NCBI GenBank assembly: GCA_050084985.1
Contig: JBITNC010000001.1
Span: forward strand, 28,086,001 to 28,150,000
Direction of reading: 5' to 3'
Length of the DNA: 64,000 bases
Source of the DNA: Nageia nagi
Lineage: Eukaryota > Plantae > Pinophyta
Shown here: one piece after another, positions 40,827 through 53,494 of the stretch
How positions within the stretch are numbered: the stretch's first letter is position 1
How the letters are laid out: every line of letters starts with the position of its first letter
Translations under genes and position numbers: made by a program
The notes under the pieces: model-generated
What the model was told of the DNA's origin: nothing
Database searches by the model: none
Seen by the model: only the letters and a program-made list of their open reading frames with translations

Positions 40827-41507
40827 GTATCTACTCTCCACCGCACTCCAAATTGTGTACATAATATCAAATATTGCATCTGCCATCTCCTTAGGCTTTC
40901 TCAAATTTGTGGAAGTTCTGCCAAGCACTTAGAATCCAGATCAAATGAATGCATTATTATTTGGTTATACATCTCTTGGACTAGAAAACATTTAAGACAT
41001 TAGATATTTAAGAAACCAATGCATTGGATTTTTGTTTTAGCAAGTCAAGTTATAGACAAAATAGCTCATTCTACAGCTTTAAAACTGCTTTGTATTGAGC
41101 AGAGGAGGCTGATCAGATAAAATGAGTAATAAGTATTGATCGACTGCAATGAGGGATTACACACCCTCTCAAAGCACCTTTTGATATGCATTATATAAAT
41201 TACCTTTCATTGTGAACAACTATTTACAAGTAACTTTTATATCGTTCCTCTCATATAGAATACAGAACATATAGCAACACATACGATGCATATGTTATAA
41301 ACCATTTGATGTTAGACCACTTAAGCAAACCCGCTTAAGTTCAAGATTTCCAATCAACCATTTTGTTGTACGAATTTCAGGATTATCATAAACTAGCATA
41401 ATATATAACAAAGTAGCATTTATCAATTAAAATCATAGAAGCTAAACAAATGACAATGTTGGAAGTTGCTAAAAGTAAGATCTCAGAAAAATTAATCAAT
41501 AACTTAC

Positions 41508-41630
41508 CACATCCCCTGACCAACGTGCAGAAAGATCCAAGAATTCACCTTGCACACCACTAAACCGTGGTCGCATAACAGATAAATGTCCTTGACCCCT
41601 TCTTTTCTGAAAATTAAGTTGAACTTCTGC
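41508..41630 (-). CDS. TIC236: TIC236 internal exon G (AEVQLNFQKRRGQGHLSVMRPRFSGVQGEFLDLSARWSGDV); absent from the ORF track
   Basis: Matches TIC236 AEIQLNLQKRRGHGLLSVIRPKFSGVLGEALDVAVRWSGDV. Acceptor tttcag|GCA, donor GTG|gtaagt, 123 nt. Confidence 0.95.
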
Positions 41631-41899
41631 CTGAAAAAGTCCAAAAAGTCAAAGTCAGAGGTTGAAGTTCTAACTATAACAAATTACTGGCTAAAAACAC
41701 AGAAATGTCTAGAAACTAAAAAGAAAGCAGCCATTTACATATCCCATTCGACTAGGGCAAAGAATAGTTTCTGATATAAGAGTCAATGTCTATACTGGAG
41801 ATAAAAATTGCACAACCATGCTAAAGGTCATTTACTCACCCAGATTTCAATCATACTTGGAAAATCTCTGAAAAAAAAATCATTACTGTGACAAAGTTT

Positions 41900-43376
41900 A
41901 CAAGTAGCTGCCATAATGTTTTGCACATCAAAAAATGCAACTTAAGGCCTGATCATCACACAAAAGAATGCGGCAAAACAAATTGAAAGCCACACAAAAC
42001 CATGCTAGACCCAACCAACAATTTAAACATTCCATCACCTAAGCTGTTGAATATCATGTGCCAACTAGGGCACAGCTTAATTTACTCAAAATCAAACTCA
42101 GATTTTACCAAATAAATTCCAATAAATCAGATCTGAATTATCAATCCAATATTTGCAAACTAAACTCAGAATTAATGCCAAAAATCAGATCTGAATTATG
42201 ACTAAAATATTACTCCGAACCATGCAAATGATCTCAAAACTAGGGCACAACATAAGATTTGAACCAATTCTGAAATATAACTGAAATGTCCAAATAAATG
42301 AGCCACAAAATTATGAGACAAGTACCAAAATGTTTAAGGCATCAAGAGAAATGAGTTACAAGCCTCAAGAAGCCAAAAATGTGGCCCTAGAGTGAGATGT
42401 CCCAGCCAAGGGGTCTAGATCTCCACCCAAAAGCCCTAAACAATGCAACAACTGGTCTCCTAGAGGTGAACGACCCACTGAGAGGCGGAAGAAGGGATGT
42501 GATGCACCAATGATGCCCTCTAAAGTGTGACATTCCACAAGCAGGCTCCTTGAATGCAGATCTAGGTGCACAAAATGTGACTCAGGTTGTCTCTCTGACC
42601 AAATGCCCCTCCAAAAAGACTAGGGTTGGGTAGCCAGGACAAAAAGAAATCTCCAAAGCTGGACGTCCAAGGTGAAGAGATCTCAGCCACAGAAGTGACG
42701 TGAATCCCACGTGGATTCCAGTAATCCTCGACAACAGTGGTCAATCCCAAATGGATTCCAATAGTCATCGGTAGTATCTCCCTATTGGAGATCTCAACAA
42801 TAGTGATGGCAATTGAATAAGCCAAGAGGAATGTTAGACCTCAAGAACCTCCCTAGGTGACAAGAGGAAAGGAGAGCCTGCACTCAAAGAAGAATCAAAT
42901 CAAGCATAACCTCCAAATGAGACTCTACTTGCCTTTTATATCAAGCGTCACATCATCAAGGGGTTGGACGACCCAACCTAGAAGTTTTAATTCCCCATTG
43001 GGATTACAAACCATCAAATACATCATTACATGTGGTGTCCCACCTTGGGATCACAAATTAAATCCCCAAAATACAAAATTAAGTCTAAATGTCCTAATAA
43101 AATAATTAAATATTCCTATTTTACTTCAAATCACTCTTAATTTCCCTAGAACAGGAGTGGCCCATCTTTGTCTGTGCTCAATTATGCATTTTTGTACCCA
43201 ATTTGGAACATACATCAACATAGGGTCATAATTAAACCATCCAAATACATAAAAGACATCAAAATTCATTAAAAACATCAAATATCCTCCTAGAGGAGGG
43301 ACGTCTCAGTCTATCAATCAAAATAGTAAGATGATGAAGAGCCCATGAGTGAGACCCTCAAAATTGGGTCATAACA
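41900..43376 (-). mobile_element. Probable solo LTR or LTR fragment
   Basis: Terminus gagtgagaccctcaaaattgggtcataaca resembles those at 18610 and 59569. TATA-like box at about 42935. Left end uncertain. Confidence 0.55.
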
Positions 43377-43938
43377 TTGGATTTTGTGAGACTAGATTTC
43401 AATCTCGACAACTATGTATTTATGTATGTATGCATGAATATTTAACAGACACTTGATTATTAAAAAAAAAAATTAATCATGTCCCCTAAAAATAGCCTGT
43501 CGTGCCTGTCATAGCATTCCCTGACACTCTGTGTAATACTGATTAAAAATCTAAAAAAAGTGGATTCAAAAGGATCCTTTTCGAGATGGTTATCAACTTT
43601 GTGTGGTTGCCGTAAAGTGCTCTATGTTGAGCATTTTCTAATACTTCTACATACAATTTCAAAACACTTGGGTTTAAAATCATTTTTTTCAACTTGCCGT
43701 ATTGTCTCGTACTTCAAAAGTTCTTGCTTTTTATAGTATTTTTGGCATTTTTTCCCATTTTTTTGTCTTTTTGCTGTTTTTTAAAATTTGACCCAAAACT
43801 GTTTTTTTCCGTACACGATTTTTTCGAACACTGCTTCTACATATTGAACTTCTAAACAGAATTAATAACAACTTCTTAGACTTTCTGTGCTAAGTTTTCC
43901 ATGGGTTTTACTTCAGAATTCAGCTTTATTATTTTTGA

Positions 43939-46900
43939 GAGAAAGAAAGAAAGAAATTATATTAATGTCCAAGGGTGACCAAAAACGATCAATGGGACTA
44001 GCAGATACAATCATGACGAAGAAACTAGTGTAACCCTTAATGGGCATCAACTATTAAAAACATAACAGAAGGTAAAGAAAGGGCCTAAACCCAAGTACAT
44101 CTGAACAAAAAGAATCCAACCCTAAAAAGGAAGAGATAAACCAAAATGGCTAAGCGTGCACCGCTATAAAGATGTGCCAGGGGCTCCCCTCAGAAACGAA
44201 CTCAAAGAGGCTCTCGGTCTAGAGGGGATCCCGCACTGAATTGGGGATCAATCATGAGGTCTAGCTGCTAGCAGAGAAATACGCTAAGATCTAGCGAGTA
44301 TGTGTCAAGTCCTAACTGTCAAGAAGGTGTCTCCTGGTACAACGTGTGGGGGTGGGTGCTTGTCTCGCAGTCGTCTTCAGGTTTCCTCTATCAAGGAAGC
44401 TTGAAAGTATGAAGTGATAAGGCAAACGCCTACTGGCTACTAGGGGCGAGAGAGAAGTCGTCTCCGAAGGAAGAGGGTCTCCCGAAGATAGAGAGCTAAA
44501 CACCGCAAATCTACATACTGAAAGAAAGTGAATAGCGATATGTGAGAACCCAAAAAAAGACAGTAGTATCGTCCTCTGATCTCGTAATAGACCGAGCAAT
44601 GAAAAATGAAGTGATCCTCGATCACGACCTCAAGTGAGCAAAAGCGGCAAGTACGTTGGTCCCAAACCAGCCGATGATTTGTCTCTACTCTCAACTGATG
44701 GGAATAGACTCAGAATTGGCCCAAAGAAATCCGCAAGCATGGAGGAAGGTGAAGACTAGAATAGCCTGGAGGGCATAACTGACCACTGACGATCTACAAG
44801 TAGTGTTGTGCGTAATAGTCTAGTTTCGATGACAGCAGTTACGAGGGTGAGATCCAAGATAACTGAATAAAGGCTCTATAGATGGCATCCTGAACTTCTG
44901 GTAAGGAGTTCGCGAGAGACTCGAGAGAACCCCCAAGTGGAGTGGGAAGGTGATTCGGGGAGAAGCCAAATCTTTGGAGGAGCCTACTAAACTCCACGAA
45001 CCAACAATTGTGGCAACCTTGGGTGGCGAGATCCATCAATGAAGCCAGGGCTCTCACTAGGAGTCTTCCCAAGTTCATCTGAAGATCTGAAAGATAGCGC
45101 AGGCAATGAAGGAAAAGTACTATGGATGCAAGGGACCACACCTGTAAAGGTTGGCAGTCTATCTCTACCAAAATGATGATGTGTGGTACAATCCTCTTGC
45201 TTCGAATAGAGTGGGATAGGATGCCAACCAAGATCCTCTCAACTGAGGTCCAATTTGCTGCTCCCAATCTAGGGACCAAAGTCTCCACTCCATACAATAC
45301 TATCGAGGTCACCAATGTGTGAAAAAGTTGTAACTTGGACTAAATATCCTGGAAATGAAGCTGAACACATTGTCTCTCTAAGGTAGAGACTTTCGCATAC
45401 CCCCGACCAACTCTGGGGGTAAGCGCTCTCTGCATAGTGAACCTGGGCCCTAAAAAGAGCACTCCTAGGTAGCTATACGATGCAATGGACTCTATAGTAT
45501 CTCCTCGATAGGTAATCTGAGTCTGATCCAATGTGGCTCTTGAGACATTGAAGGCCACTACCTTAGTCTTGCTAAGGTTCACCGTAAGCTCCTATCAAAT
45601 ACTAAAAGAGTGTAATGTACGAACTAGGGTCTAAGGCCTAAGGCCCCTCAGCTGACTGGGAAAGCAACACAATATCTGCAAAGAGGCGCAGTACCCGACT
45701 ATCATGAAGGCGAAAACCCAACTCAAGGTCTAGATGCTCTAGTATAAAGGACTCTAACTCATCAATGTATAATCTGAAGAGAGTAAGGGAGAGAGGGCAA
45801 CCCTGCTTCACCCCAAATCATGCTGAAGATACTCTCAGATAAGCCCTCGGAAGTGCAGACACGACCCTGAAAGAGTCTCATAAAGGGTCAAGATGGCTGT
45901 GAGCCCGATCTCCGGTACTCCCAATCGTCTAAGCCAATCCATGAGTCTATACCGTAGGACCGTATCAAAGGCCTTCCTAAAGTCCATAAAGCAGCAAAAA
46001 ACAAGGGACTTTCGGAATCTAGCCTCCTCTATGATCCCTCTAAGGGTGAAGATATGGTTTGAAGTGCGATGATCTCGTCTGAAACCCATCTATCCAACAG
46101 CTCTGAAACCTCTGACATCTGCCATCTAGGAGATATAATCCTCTAAGACTGTGGCATAGAGTTTGGCCAAGGTGTGGCCAATCATGATAATTCGGTAATT
46201 GCTAAATTCCGGGGCGTCATCGGATTTGAAGATGGGATGGATAATGTTGGAAGTTCAAGAGGAAGGAAAACCAGAACAAATAACCTTATTGAAGATGGGC
46301 AAGAACGTATGGGAGAGTGGGTGTGGCATGTTTGAGGAATTCGGCTTGGAGGTTCTCGATGTCAAGGGCTTTGTCGGAATTAAGCTTTCTAATGGCCTTG
46401 AGGATGATGGGGGTAGAAAAGACATCGGAGGTTAGTGGACGGCAGAAATGGGTGGGTAGGGACTAGTGGGGGATGTCGTAAAGTTGAGAAGCATACTCTT
46501 TCCACACACAGAGGGAGACGGGATTTGGTAATTGCTTTTTTGGTAAGAATATGTGCTAGAAGGTCTTTGGATTATGATGAAGAGAAGAAGATCTTCTTTT
46601 GGCTAAGAAGTGATGTTTCTTGGTTCGAAGGAGGCAACGTTAAGATCGATGGAGTACAATAGTGGAATGGGACAAAGGGTCAATGGTAATGGCTCGTTGT
46701 AGGCGACGGTAAGAGTCCTTGCAGTCGGAGTCAAACCAAAGGTTTGTGGCACAATGGCCTGGCGGGCGGTGGCGAGGGAGAGGGCTAACCTTGTGAGGGA
46801 AGGCTTGGAGGGCAGCAGAACAAAGGGAGTTTGCTAGAAGGTATGCTTGATCCTCGATAGAGTGAATGGAATGCAGATCAATTAGCTTCTCTTTCAGGAT

Positions 46901-47811
46901 ATTGTTGTAAATCTCATCTTGGGTAGAATCAAAGAGCATGGTAGTGCGGGGTGTGCTAGGGGTGGTGGGGTAGGGGAGGGGTGTGTGGGAGTGTGGAATA
47001 GAAGAGAGGACAGGTAAGCATGGTCAACTAGAGGAAGGCGGGGCACGACGAGGAAAGAAAGAATGTGTGCACAAAGGGAAGAGCTAGACAGAATGTAATC
47101 AACAATACTAGAGCCTCTAGAGTGGTGGAAACAAGTGTGATGACAGGATTGAAGGAACCAAGCAATACCATGAAGGATCAATAGGTCATGAATCTCACAA
47201 AGATTCAGAAGAAAGCTGTAGTATCCAAAAGGTAGGCCTGAGTCTACAAAGTCTCATTGGAGCAGCAAGGGTCGATGAATAGCCTGAAAGTGATGTGGAT
47301 CTGTGCTGTTGTCAAAGTACGGAGACTGAAGATTCCCTGTCCTGCCATTAATGTCTCCTAGTAATATGATCTCCCCCTGCAAGGAGTATCTGGTAATCTC
47401 TGGAAAGAGGTCAAGGTAAGGTGACTCCCCTGCCTCATGAATAGCATAGCTCGAGGAGACTGGAGGGAAATAGCATCCAGCCATATACACCCGTTTGAGG
47501 GACGGGTCCCTTGCGAGCAATATCCAAATGTAGCAGGTGTGGACATCCAAGCACTCAACTCTGACTCTAGGGAGTAATTGATCTCTGATCAAGAAGGCCA
47601 CTCCTCCTGAACCACGGCTGCTGAAACCTGTACCACCTGAGGATCTGAAAGCACAAATCCAAGAGAAACCTGAGAAGGGTGGGAATCCTTCAACAGAACT
47701 CTCATGCATCTCTGAAAAAAATGTCATATCAGACTGCTGAATGATATCCTGTGTGGTGCCTGGTGAGGACCACAACATACTGTTACAGTTCCAAGCTGAA
47801 ACTGAGAGCAC
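43939..47811 (-). mobile_element. Near full-length degenerate LINE ORF2 (APE-RT-CCHC) with 3' UTR and (TTTC)n tail
   Basis: LSVSAWNCNS...GCYFPP...ILLGDINGRTG...SSIVDYIL (APE); FRRDHRTSNHIFTLRGIIEE...CFMDFRKAFDTV and NLSKTKVVAFN...YSYLGVLF (RT); RVETN...RTCRFCSLEVVIEDHFIFHCSVY (C-terminus); ends ggacattaatataatttctttctttc. Confidence 0.9.
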
Positions 47812-48423
47812 GGAATGTTTTTACAGTTAGCTCAGAAGTCACATAAATATACTATTAATGATGATTTCTGTTTTGCAAAACAACATTTCACGAATAATAC
47901 ACATTTAATTTCTATTTGAATCTTCTCCTAACAAATTGCCATCTCAAGAAATTCAAGAGAGGAGTAGTTTTCCGTTTCTGTTAGTTTGTGTGGAGCACTG
48001 TAAAGACACACTTTTCTTTCGAGTCCTATTGACTTACTCAAATCACAACTGGACATTACTAGAATTTTTATATTCTTTTTTCCTTACATTTCCGATGAAA
48101 AGCTTTTGCAGTTTTCAAAAAAAAAAAACTCATTTCTGTTTCCTTCAAGTCTTGAGATTATAAAATCTACACAAATAATTTAAGGAAACCAGCCTCAACA
48201 CTAATAAATGGAATTTTTGCAATGACTGCATCCACAACACCTTGCGTCCCCTGTATAAAAGCAGAAGTAACACCTAAATTCACCTTCTCCCATGATTTAT
48301 GAATGGGACAGATGATATATTCTTATCAAAAAGAAAAAACAAGAAAATACATTATGAAATTGGTCATTCAATGTGAAACCAAGTCCATCCACAAAGTAAT
48401 AGAGGGACTCGGCCAAAAGCCCC

Positions 48424-48713
48424 ACACTATTAACACATAATTAGAAAATCTATTCAAATTTTTATTGATGAAAACAGAAAACATAAGAAACGGGAAAACT
48501 GGGCACTAATGATAGGCTGGTAGGAAATATCATTTAACATTAAAAAACTATCATAAGACACCTAGCCCGACACTATTAACACATAATTAGAAAATCTATT
48601 CAAATTTTTCTTGATGAAAACAGAAAACATAAGAAACGGGAAAACTGAGCACTAATGATAGGCTGGTAGGAAATATCATTTAACATTAAAAAACTATCAT
48701 AAGACACCTAGCC
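48424..48713. repeat. Recent 146-bp tandem duplication
   Basis: acactattaacacataattagaaaatc... starts at 48424 and again at 48570; only about 2 substitutions in the body. Confidence 0.95.
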
Positions 48714-49044
48714 TTAGGGGTCAATTTCAAAAGGGAAAGTTTTCCTCAAGAGAAGGTGAACCAACAGGAAAATTAAAACTTGCACAAATGAATGGACTTA
48801 AGAAATGAATAATCTATCACCTGCAGCAAATATATTCACAAGTCTTGAATCATATGACGGCATAAAAAGCCATTGACTGGTAGAACCCCCCCATACACAA
48901 AGCATTACGATGTAAACCCAAATATCAAAAAGGTAATTGTAACAATAAAACTTACATACATGTGTGCATGCAACATGATAACCAGACCAACCATGTAGAC
49001 TAAGCCTACTTGGAGACAAAATATACTGCAAACAAACTGCAAAC

Positions 49045-49104
49045 CTTTTGTACCATTCCACGCAAGGAAGCTAGCTCCAATTCATCGAGTTGCAAGTGCC
49101 GCAC
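49045..49104 (-). CDS. TIC236: TIC236 internal exon F (VRHLQLDELELASLRGMVQK)
   Basis: Matches TIC236 IRNFPLDELELASLRGLIQK. Acceptor ttggag|GTG, donor AAG|gtttgc, 60 nt. Confidence 0.92.
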
Positions 49105-49219
49105 CTCCAATTAAGAAAGGGGCAAAAGGGGAAAAGGAAATATAAAAATTAGCTTTTGAACTTTGATAAACTCATCAAATCAACCAAATTTTCCAAAGCA
49201 TAAACAATGATTATTCTAC

Positions 49220-49399
49220 CTCTAAACTTGCTATATTGTTTGGCTGGAAGAAAATGTTGGTCCGAAGATGGCCCTTTTGCAATGATAAAGATACTTTCCT
49301 CTTAAATGAATCATAAGATGGAGGTTCTGAGTTGGCAAAATGTAACGGACCAATAATTTCAATAAGCAAATTCTCATCAGGCCTCCCTGTAGCATTTAA
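49220..49399 (-). CDS. TIC236: TIC236 internal exon E (LNATGRPDENLLIEIIGPL...SLQKGHLRTNIFFQPNNIASLE)
   Basis: Matches TIC236 LDAAGRPDESLTLDFIGPL...SLQKGQLRANACFQPQQSATLE. Acceptor tacag|TTA, donor GAG|gtagaa, 180 nt. Confidence 0.94.
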
Positions 49400-51399
49400 C
49401 TGTACCAATCATTTTCAACAAAAGTATATAACATATTAGCACATCTCACAATACAATGTTCACGCTTCAGTATATATTACTGTCATTAACAAAGAATGTG
49501 GCGTTATAAATAAATTTAGCTAGTACACAGATAACAAAATGTTATTAAATTTTACTCCTAAATCCCGAATAAGCACAGAAATTGACACAACACAAATGAG
49601 ATAAAAAAACAGAAACTATGTACAAAATATCACAGTGCCATCACAAAAATTAGTGGAACCACATAAAAAGATAGAAACAAGAAAGGTCATTTCCACTATA
49701 AAATATGAAGAGATAAACATATGAAGTTTTCTTTCACATTTATATTGCAATGGATATGGATTAACTTTATACAAGAACATCCATCAATAAATGAGAAAAC
49801 ATAGACATGTATCAAAGATCAAAGTCACATCCCAGAGAATATACTGATTCAAACCATAACAATTTAAAGAATAATAATTATTATGTTTAAACACATAGCG
49901 AGTTCAGAGTTTGCTAGACTCACCTGTAAGATGCAACAAATTTGAAGATATTTTTTGGCAGGCCTTCTTCAGTTTGGTTTCATTGTTTTAACTTTTAAGT
50001 TTGCAGTTTCTCTAACAAGTGAGTATCCGTTTATGCTACATACCAGTCCGGTATGCATTCGTCAAGATATAACATACATCAAACTTTAAAGAAAGTTGAT
50101 TTGCCCAGAGACTACGCCAAAAAACTTTGAATTTAACGAGTCGCATAGCATATAAAGTAATAAAGTAGCAACAATCAGTATTAATCAATAGCAAATACAC
50201 TTAAAATGCAAGCGCTAGTACAGATTCTACTGTTTTGCGCATCTCACTACAAGCACTAGTACTAATAAAAAGATTTATTATATGGCTTTCTGCATAGTGT
50301 ATGTTAATGCGAGAGTTTTTCACATGGAAATATTTTTATCACGATTATAAGGGTCATATCAACCAATGTCAAATTAATGACATGAAAGAATGCTATATGT
50401 ATATATATTCCTGAAGTCTTTCACATGGTTTACGTATCCATAGATGTCCAAGAACATACTAGCAAAACTCTTTCCCAGTCTACGGACATTTTTACAAACA
50501 CATACAAAACATATATATAACTAATACATACATAAAGTGGTTATACTTGACTTATAATCAACTGATCAAAAGGTTCCAATAATTGATAAACTGGCCTCTA
50601 GTTATTGTCAGAATTATTTGTAAAAATTTGCATGATGTCAATTACTTTACAGACATCCCTAAAATGCAGCTACAAGATCTTGCACAAGTTACAAATTTAC
50701 ATTAACAACTTTGTGGGCAACGGCATGACAGTAAAAACGATTGTCATAAATCAGGAACATTATGATGTATAATCAAAGATGCCATCCAAAATGAAAATAA
50801 TTGTAATAGAAATAACCTCATAGTTAAAATGATGCTCAAACTCAAAGCACTGTTTAAAAAAATGCTGAATAAACATCAAGTTCACAAATAAACGCGATTT
50901 TTTCAAACTAATGAACTTTTCCCTAAAACATACATGCTTTGATACTTTTTTCCGCAAATATATGCAGGAAAAATCGTGCATTTGTTCAAACAAGGACACA
51001 AAATGTCATTATTGACAGGAACAGAAGCATGAAAAAAACATGTAAAAATGCGTCAAATTTGTAGCAAAAATGCAGTAAAGTTTATTCATGAGAGCATAAA
51101 AAACGTAGAAAAGGCATGTATAAATGTGAAAAAGATGTGTAATTTGCCACAAGAATGCAACCTCACAAGAGCAGAACGGCGAATTGGGGGCTAAAAAGAA
51201 AAATCTCTTTGTTTTGTCATTTCCTTTTCCAGGCTTGAGGGGACCAAAACATGAGCTGAGGGGAGCATTGTGCTAGTGATTTGGAGGTAAGGGGAACAAT
51301 GTACAAGATCATTTTGTGATTTGGATCTAAGGGGAGAAGATTTTGGGTCTGAACTTCAGATCTCTTCATTTCTCTTGCATTCTACAATCTAATCAAAAT

Positions 51400-51540
51400 G
51401 CCTTGGGACTTGGATCTTTTTTAGCAGTATCTAACACATTTGGGGGGCAAACCAATTACTGTAAGGAAGATACAATGTAAATTGTGTCAAAAGACTTTCG
51501 TTGGAGAGATTCATAAGTTCAAAATCCATGTTATGTCTTC
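51400..51540 (+). pseudogene. hAT transposase BED zinc-finger remnant
   Basis: KIQCKLCQKTFVGEIHKFKIHV fits CxxC...GGIxRxKxHL of plant hAT BED fingers. Truncated by the LTR at 51610. Confidence 0.6.
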
Positions 51541-51609
51541 TAGTGCTGAAAGTCTAAGTCATAGTCAAACTCAAGCTTCAAATGGTGCTGCTTCTCGACT
51601 TGTTGGACT

Positions 51610-53494
51610 TGTTGTGACTGACACAAAACATCCCAAAATCCTACGATTTTGGGGACCCTCACCAACTCGTGTCCACATAGTGCAATGATTTTCTATCATC
51701 CACCTCGAGAAGTTCGTAAGATTTGGGTATCATGCCTTTTGTCCCAAGCTTAAGTATTATCATTCACCTAGTCTTAGCCACGTAGAGTCAAAATCTGAAA
51801 TTACAAAAATTGGCAAAGTCTGGAAAACCAAAAGTCGGCCTTAGGCAAATTAGGGGAACCCAAGTCAAGTCGAAGCCAAATCAAGTCAAACTGGGCCACT
51901 CCAACGCCCAACGCATGCCTCAGAAAGACAAAATCTTGTCTTTCTAGGACGTGCGCTCGGTCTAGGAGTCGTCCAAACCAAAATCAAGTCCAAGAAAAGC
52001 AAATTGGGCCACTCTTAGGCCCAATGCATGCCTCCAAAAGACAAAATTTTGTCTTTCTGGAGCATGCGCTCAAGTCTGGGGGTAGTCTGGATAGGAACAA
52101 AGGATGAAGAAGGTGAGTTAGAGGCACTCCAAGTCTTGCACATGCCTCAAAAAGACAAAATCTTGTCTTTTGGGAACATGTGCTCAAGCTGGAAGGTCGC
52201 ACAGGTCAAGTTCGAAGATGAGAAAGTGGAGATCCAAGCACCCAAGAACCAAATGCATGCCTCAAAAATACAAAACCTTGTCTTTTGGGATCATGCGCTT
52301 ATGGCAGAGAGGCATCCAGTTTGATCAAAACGCAAAATTTGCCTGAGGCATGGCACCTCGAAGCTAGTCTCCAACTTGAACATGACCAAAAGGGTAGAAG
52401 CATGCCTCAGAAAGGCAAAATCTTGTCTTTTTGAAGCATGCGCTCAAACTAGGAGAGTTGAAAAGTTGGGCGCACATTTTGAAAACACAAAATCTTATCT
52501 TTTTGAAACATGTGCTTGGCTTGGGGGGTGTCTAGGTTGAGCTTGATGATCAAATTCGACAAGTTTTGGCACCAAAAAGATAAAACATTGGACAAATTCA
52601 GGTCCCAGCATGAGCATGAAGGTGAAAACAAATGAGTAGGGGAGCTAGAAGCATCAACGAGCAAAGAGCAGACGTCCTCAACCTAAGCGCATCCTTCAAA
52701 AAGACAAAATCTTGTCTTTTTTGGGCATGAGCCCATCTTGGAAGAATCCTTTAACCCGCATGTCGAGTTTCCGATAGCCAAGCATGAAATTCCGAATGTG
52801 CACACATCTCGAGGTGGGCCATCTCGACGGCCAAGTTGAATTCCTCCTCATGCATGGCTGAATAGGGTTTCTTGGGGACCAAATACAACGATAAATAAAA
52901 GCCCGAGGCGTTCATTTTCTCAAATTCAAATCGCTCTCCTCTTCTTTTCTTGCGCCAAAATTGCAGAAGAAGACCACTTTTTGAGTTGCAAATCCATCCC
53001 ATTGCTTTTAAGCCTCGCACAAGGAGTTGGGAGACAAGGCAAAGCAACGTAGGGGCAGACTCATCCCTCGAAGACCCATGCATTACTCCTGGAGAATCCC
53101 ATCACAAAATTGAGCACAATGACCACTTCCAAAAGCAGTTTGGTCGAGGATTTTGCAAGAAATCTAGAAACGTTGAGGCAAAAATGCATCATTATAATTT
53201 GTGAGAGACGAGAACACCTTCCTCAAGGGGCTAGATTCTCTAAAAATGGGTTTGCCACAATTGGAGACATGGATTGGCAAAAGGTAGACCCCATGCAGAT
53301 GAGAGAGAGGATACGTGGACATTGTATTCTTCTCTGAGCTCTCTAACTACGCCTTCTTCCTATTGGGATGCTTTTCTTTCCTACGCGGGACACTCTGAAT
53401 ATCGCGAGTGGAACTTACGAGATCCCAAGCAACATAGTTGATAATGCATTACCAATTCCCCCGATTGAAAAGGACTATGTACCTACAAGGCTCT
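51610..53494 (+). mobile_element. U3 start of a giant LTR (copy 4): terminus, palindrome array and N-terminus of the accessory gene
   Basis: TGTTGTG...ACATCCCAAAAT...GGGGACCC family terminus; 7 palindromic units at 51912-52730; TATA-like box about 52891; ORF start with IGDMDWQKVD motif. Confidence 0.72.

Noticed and set aside
43480-43835. Possible hAT-derived MITE ends (…ttttttcgaacactg; similar near 50848-50910)
   Set aside because: Could not pair TIRs or find an 8-bp TSD.
49105-49219. U12-type intron (ttcttaat near the acceptor)
   Set aside because: The donor GTAGAATA lacks the U12 RTATCCTT consensus.
51912-52730. CRISPR-like look (palindromic repeats with differing intervening sequence; also 39250-39901)
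   Set aside because: Eukaryotic intron, irregular unit spacing (about 65-220 bp), degenerate repeats, no cas genes, and the arrays sit inside LTR U3 regions.
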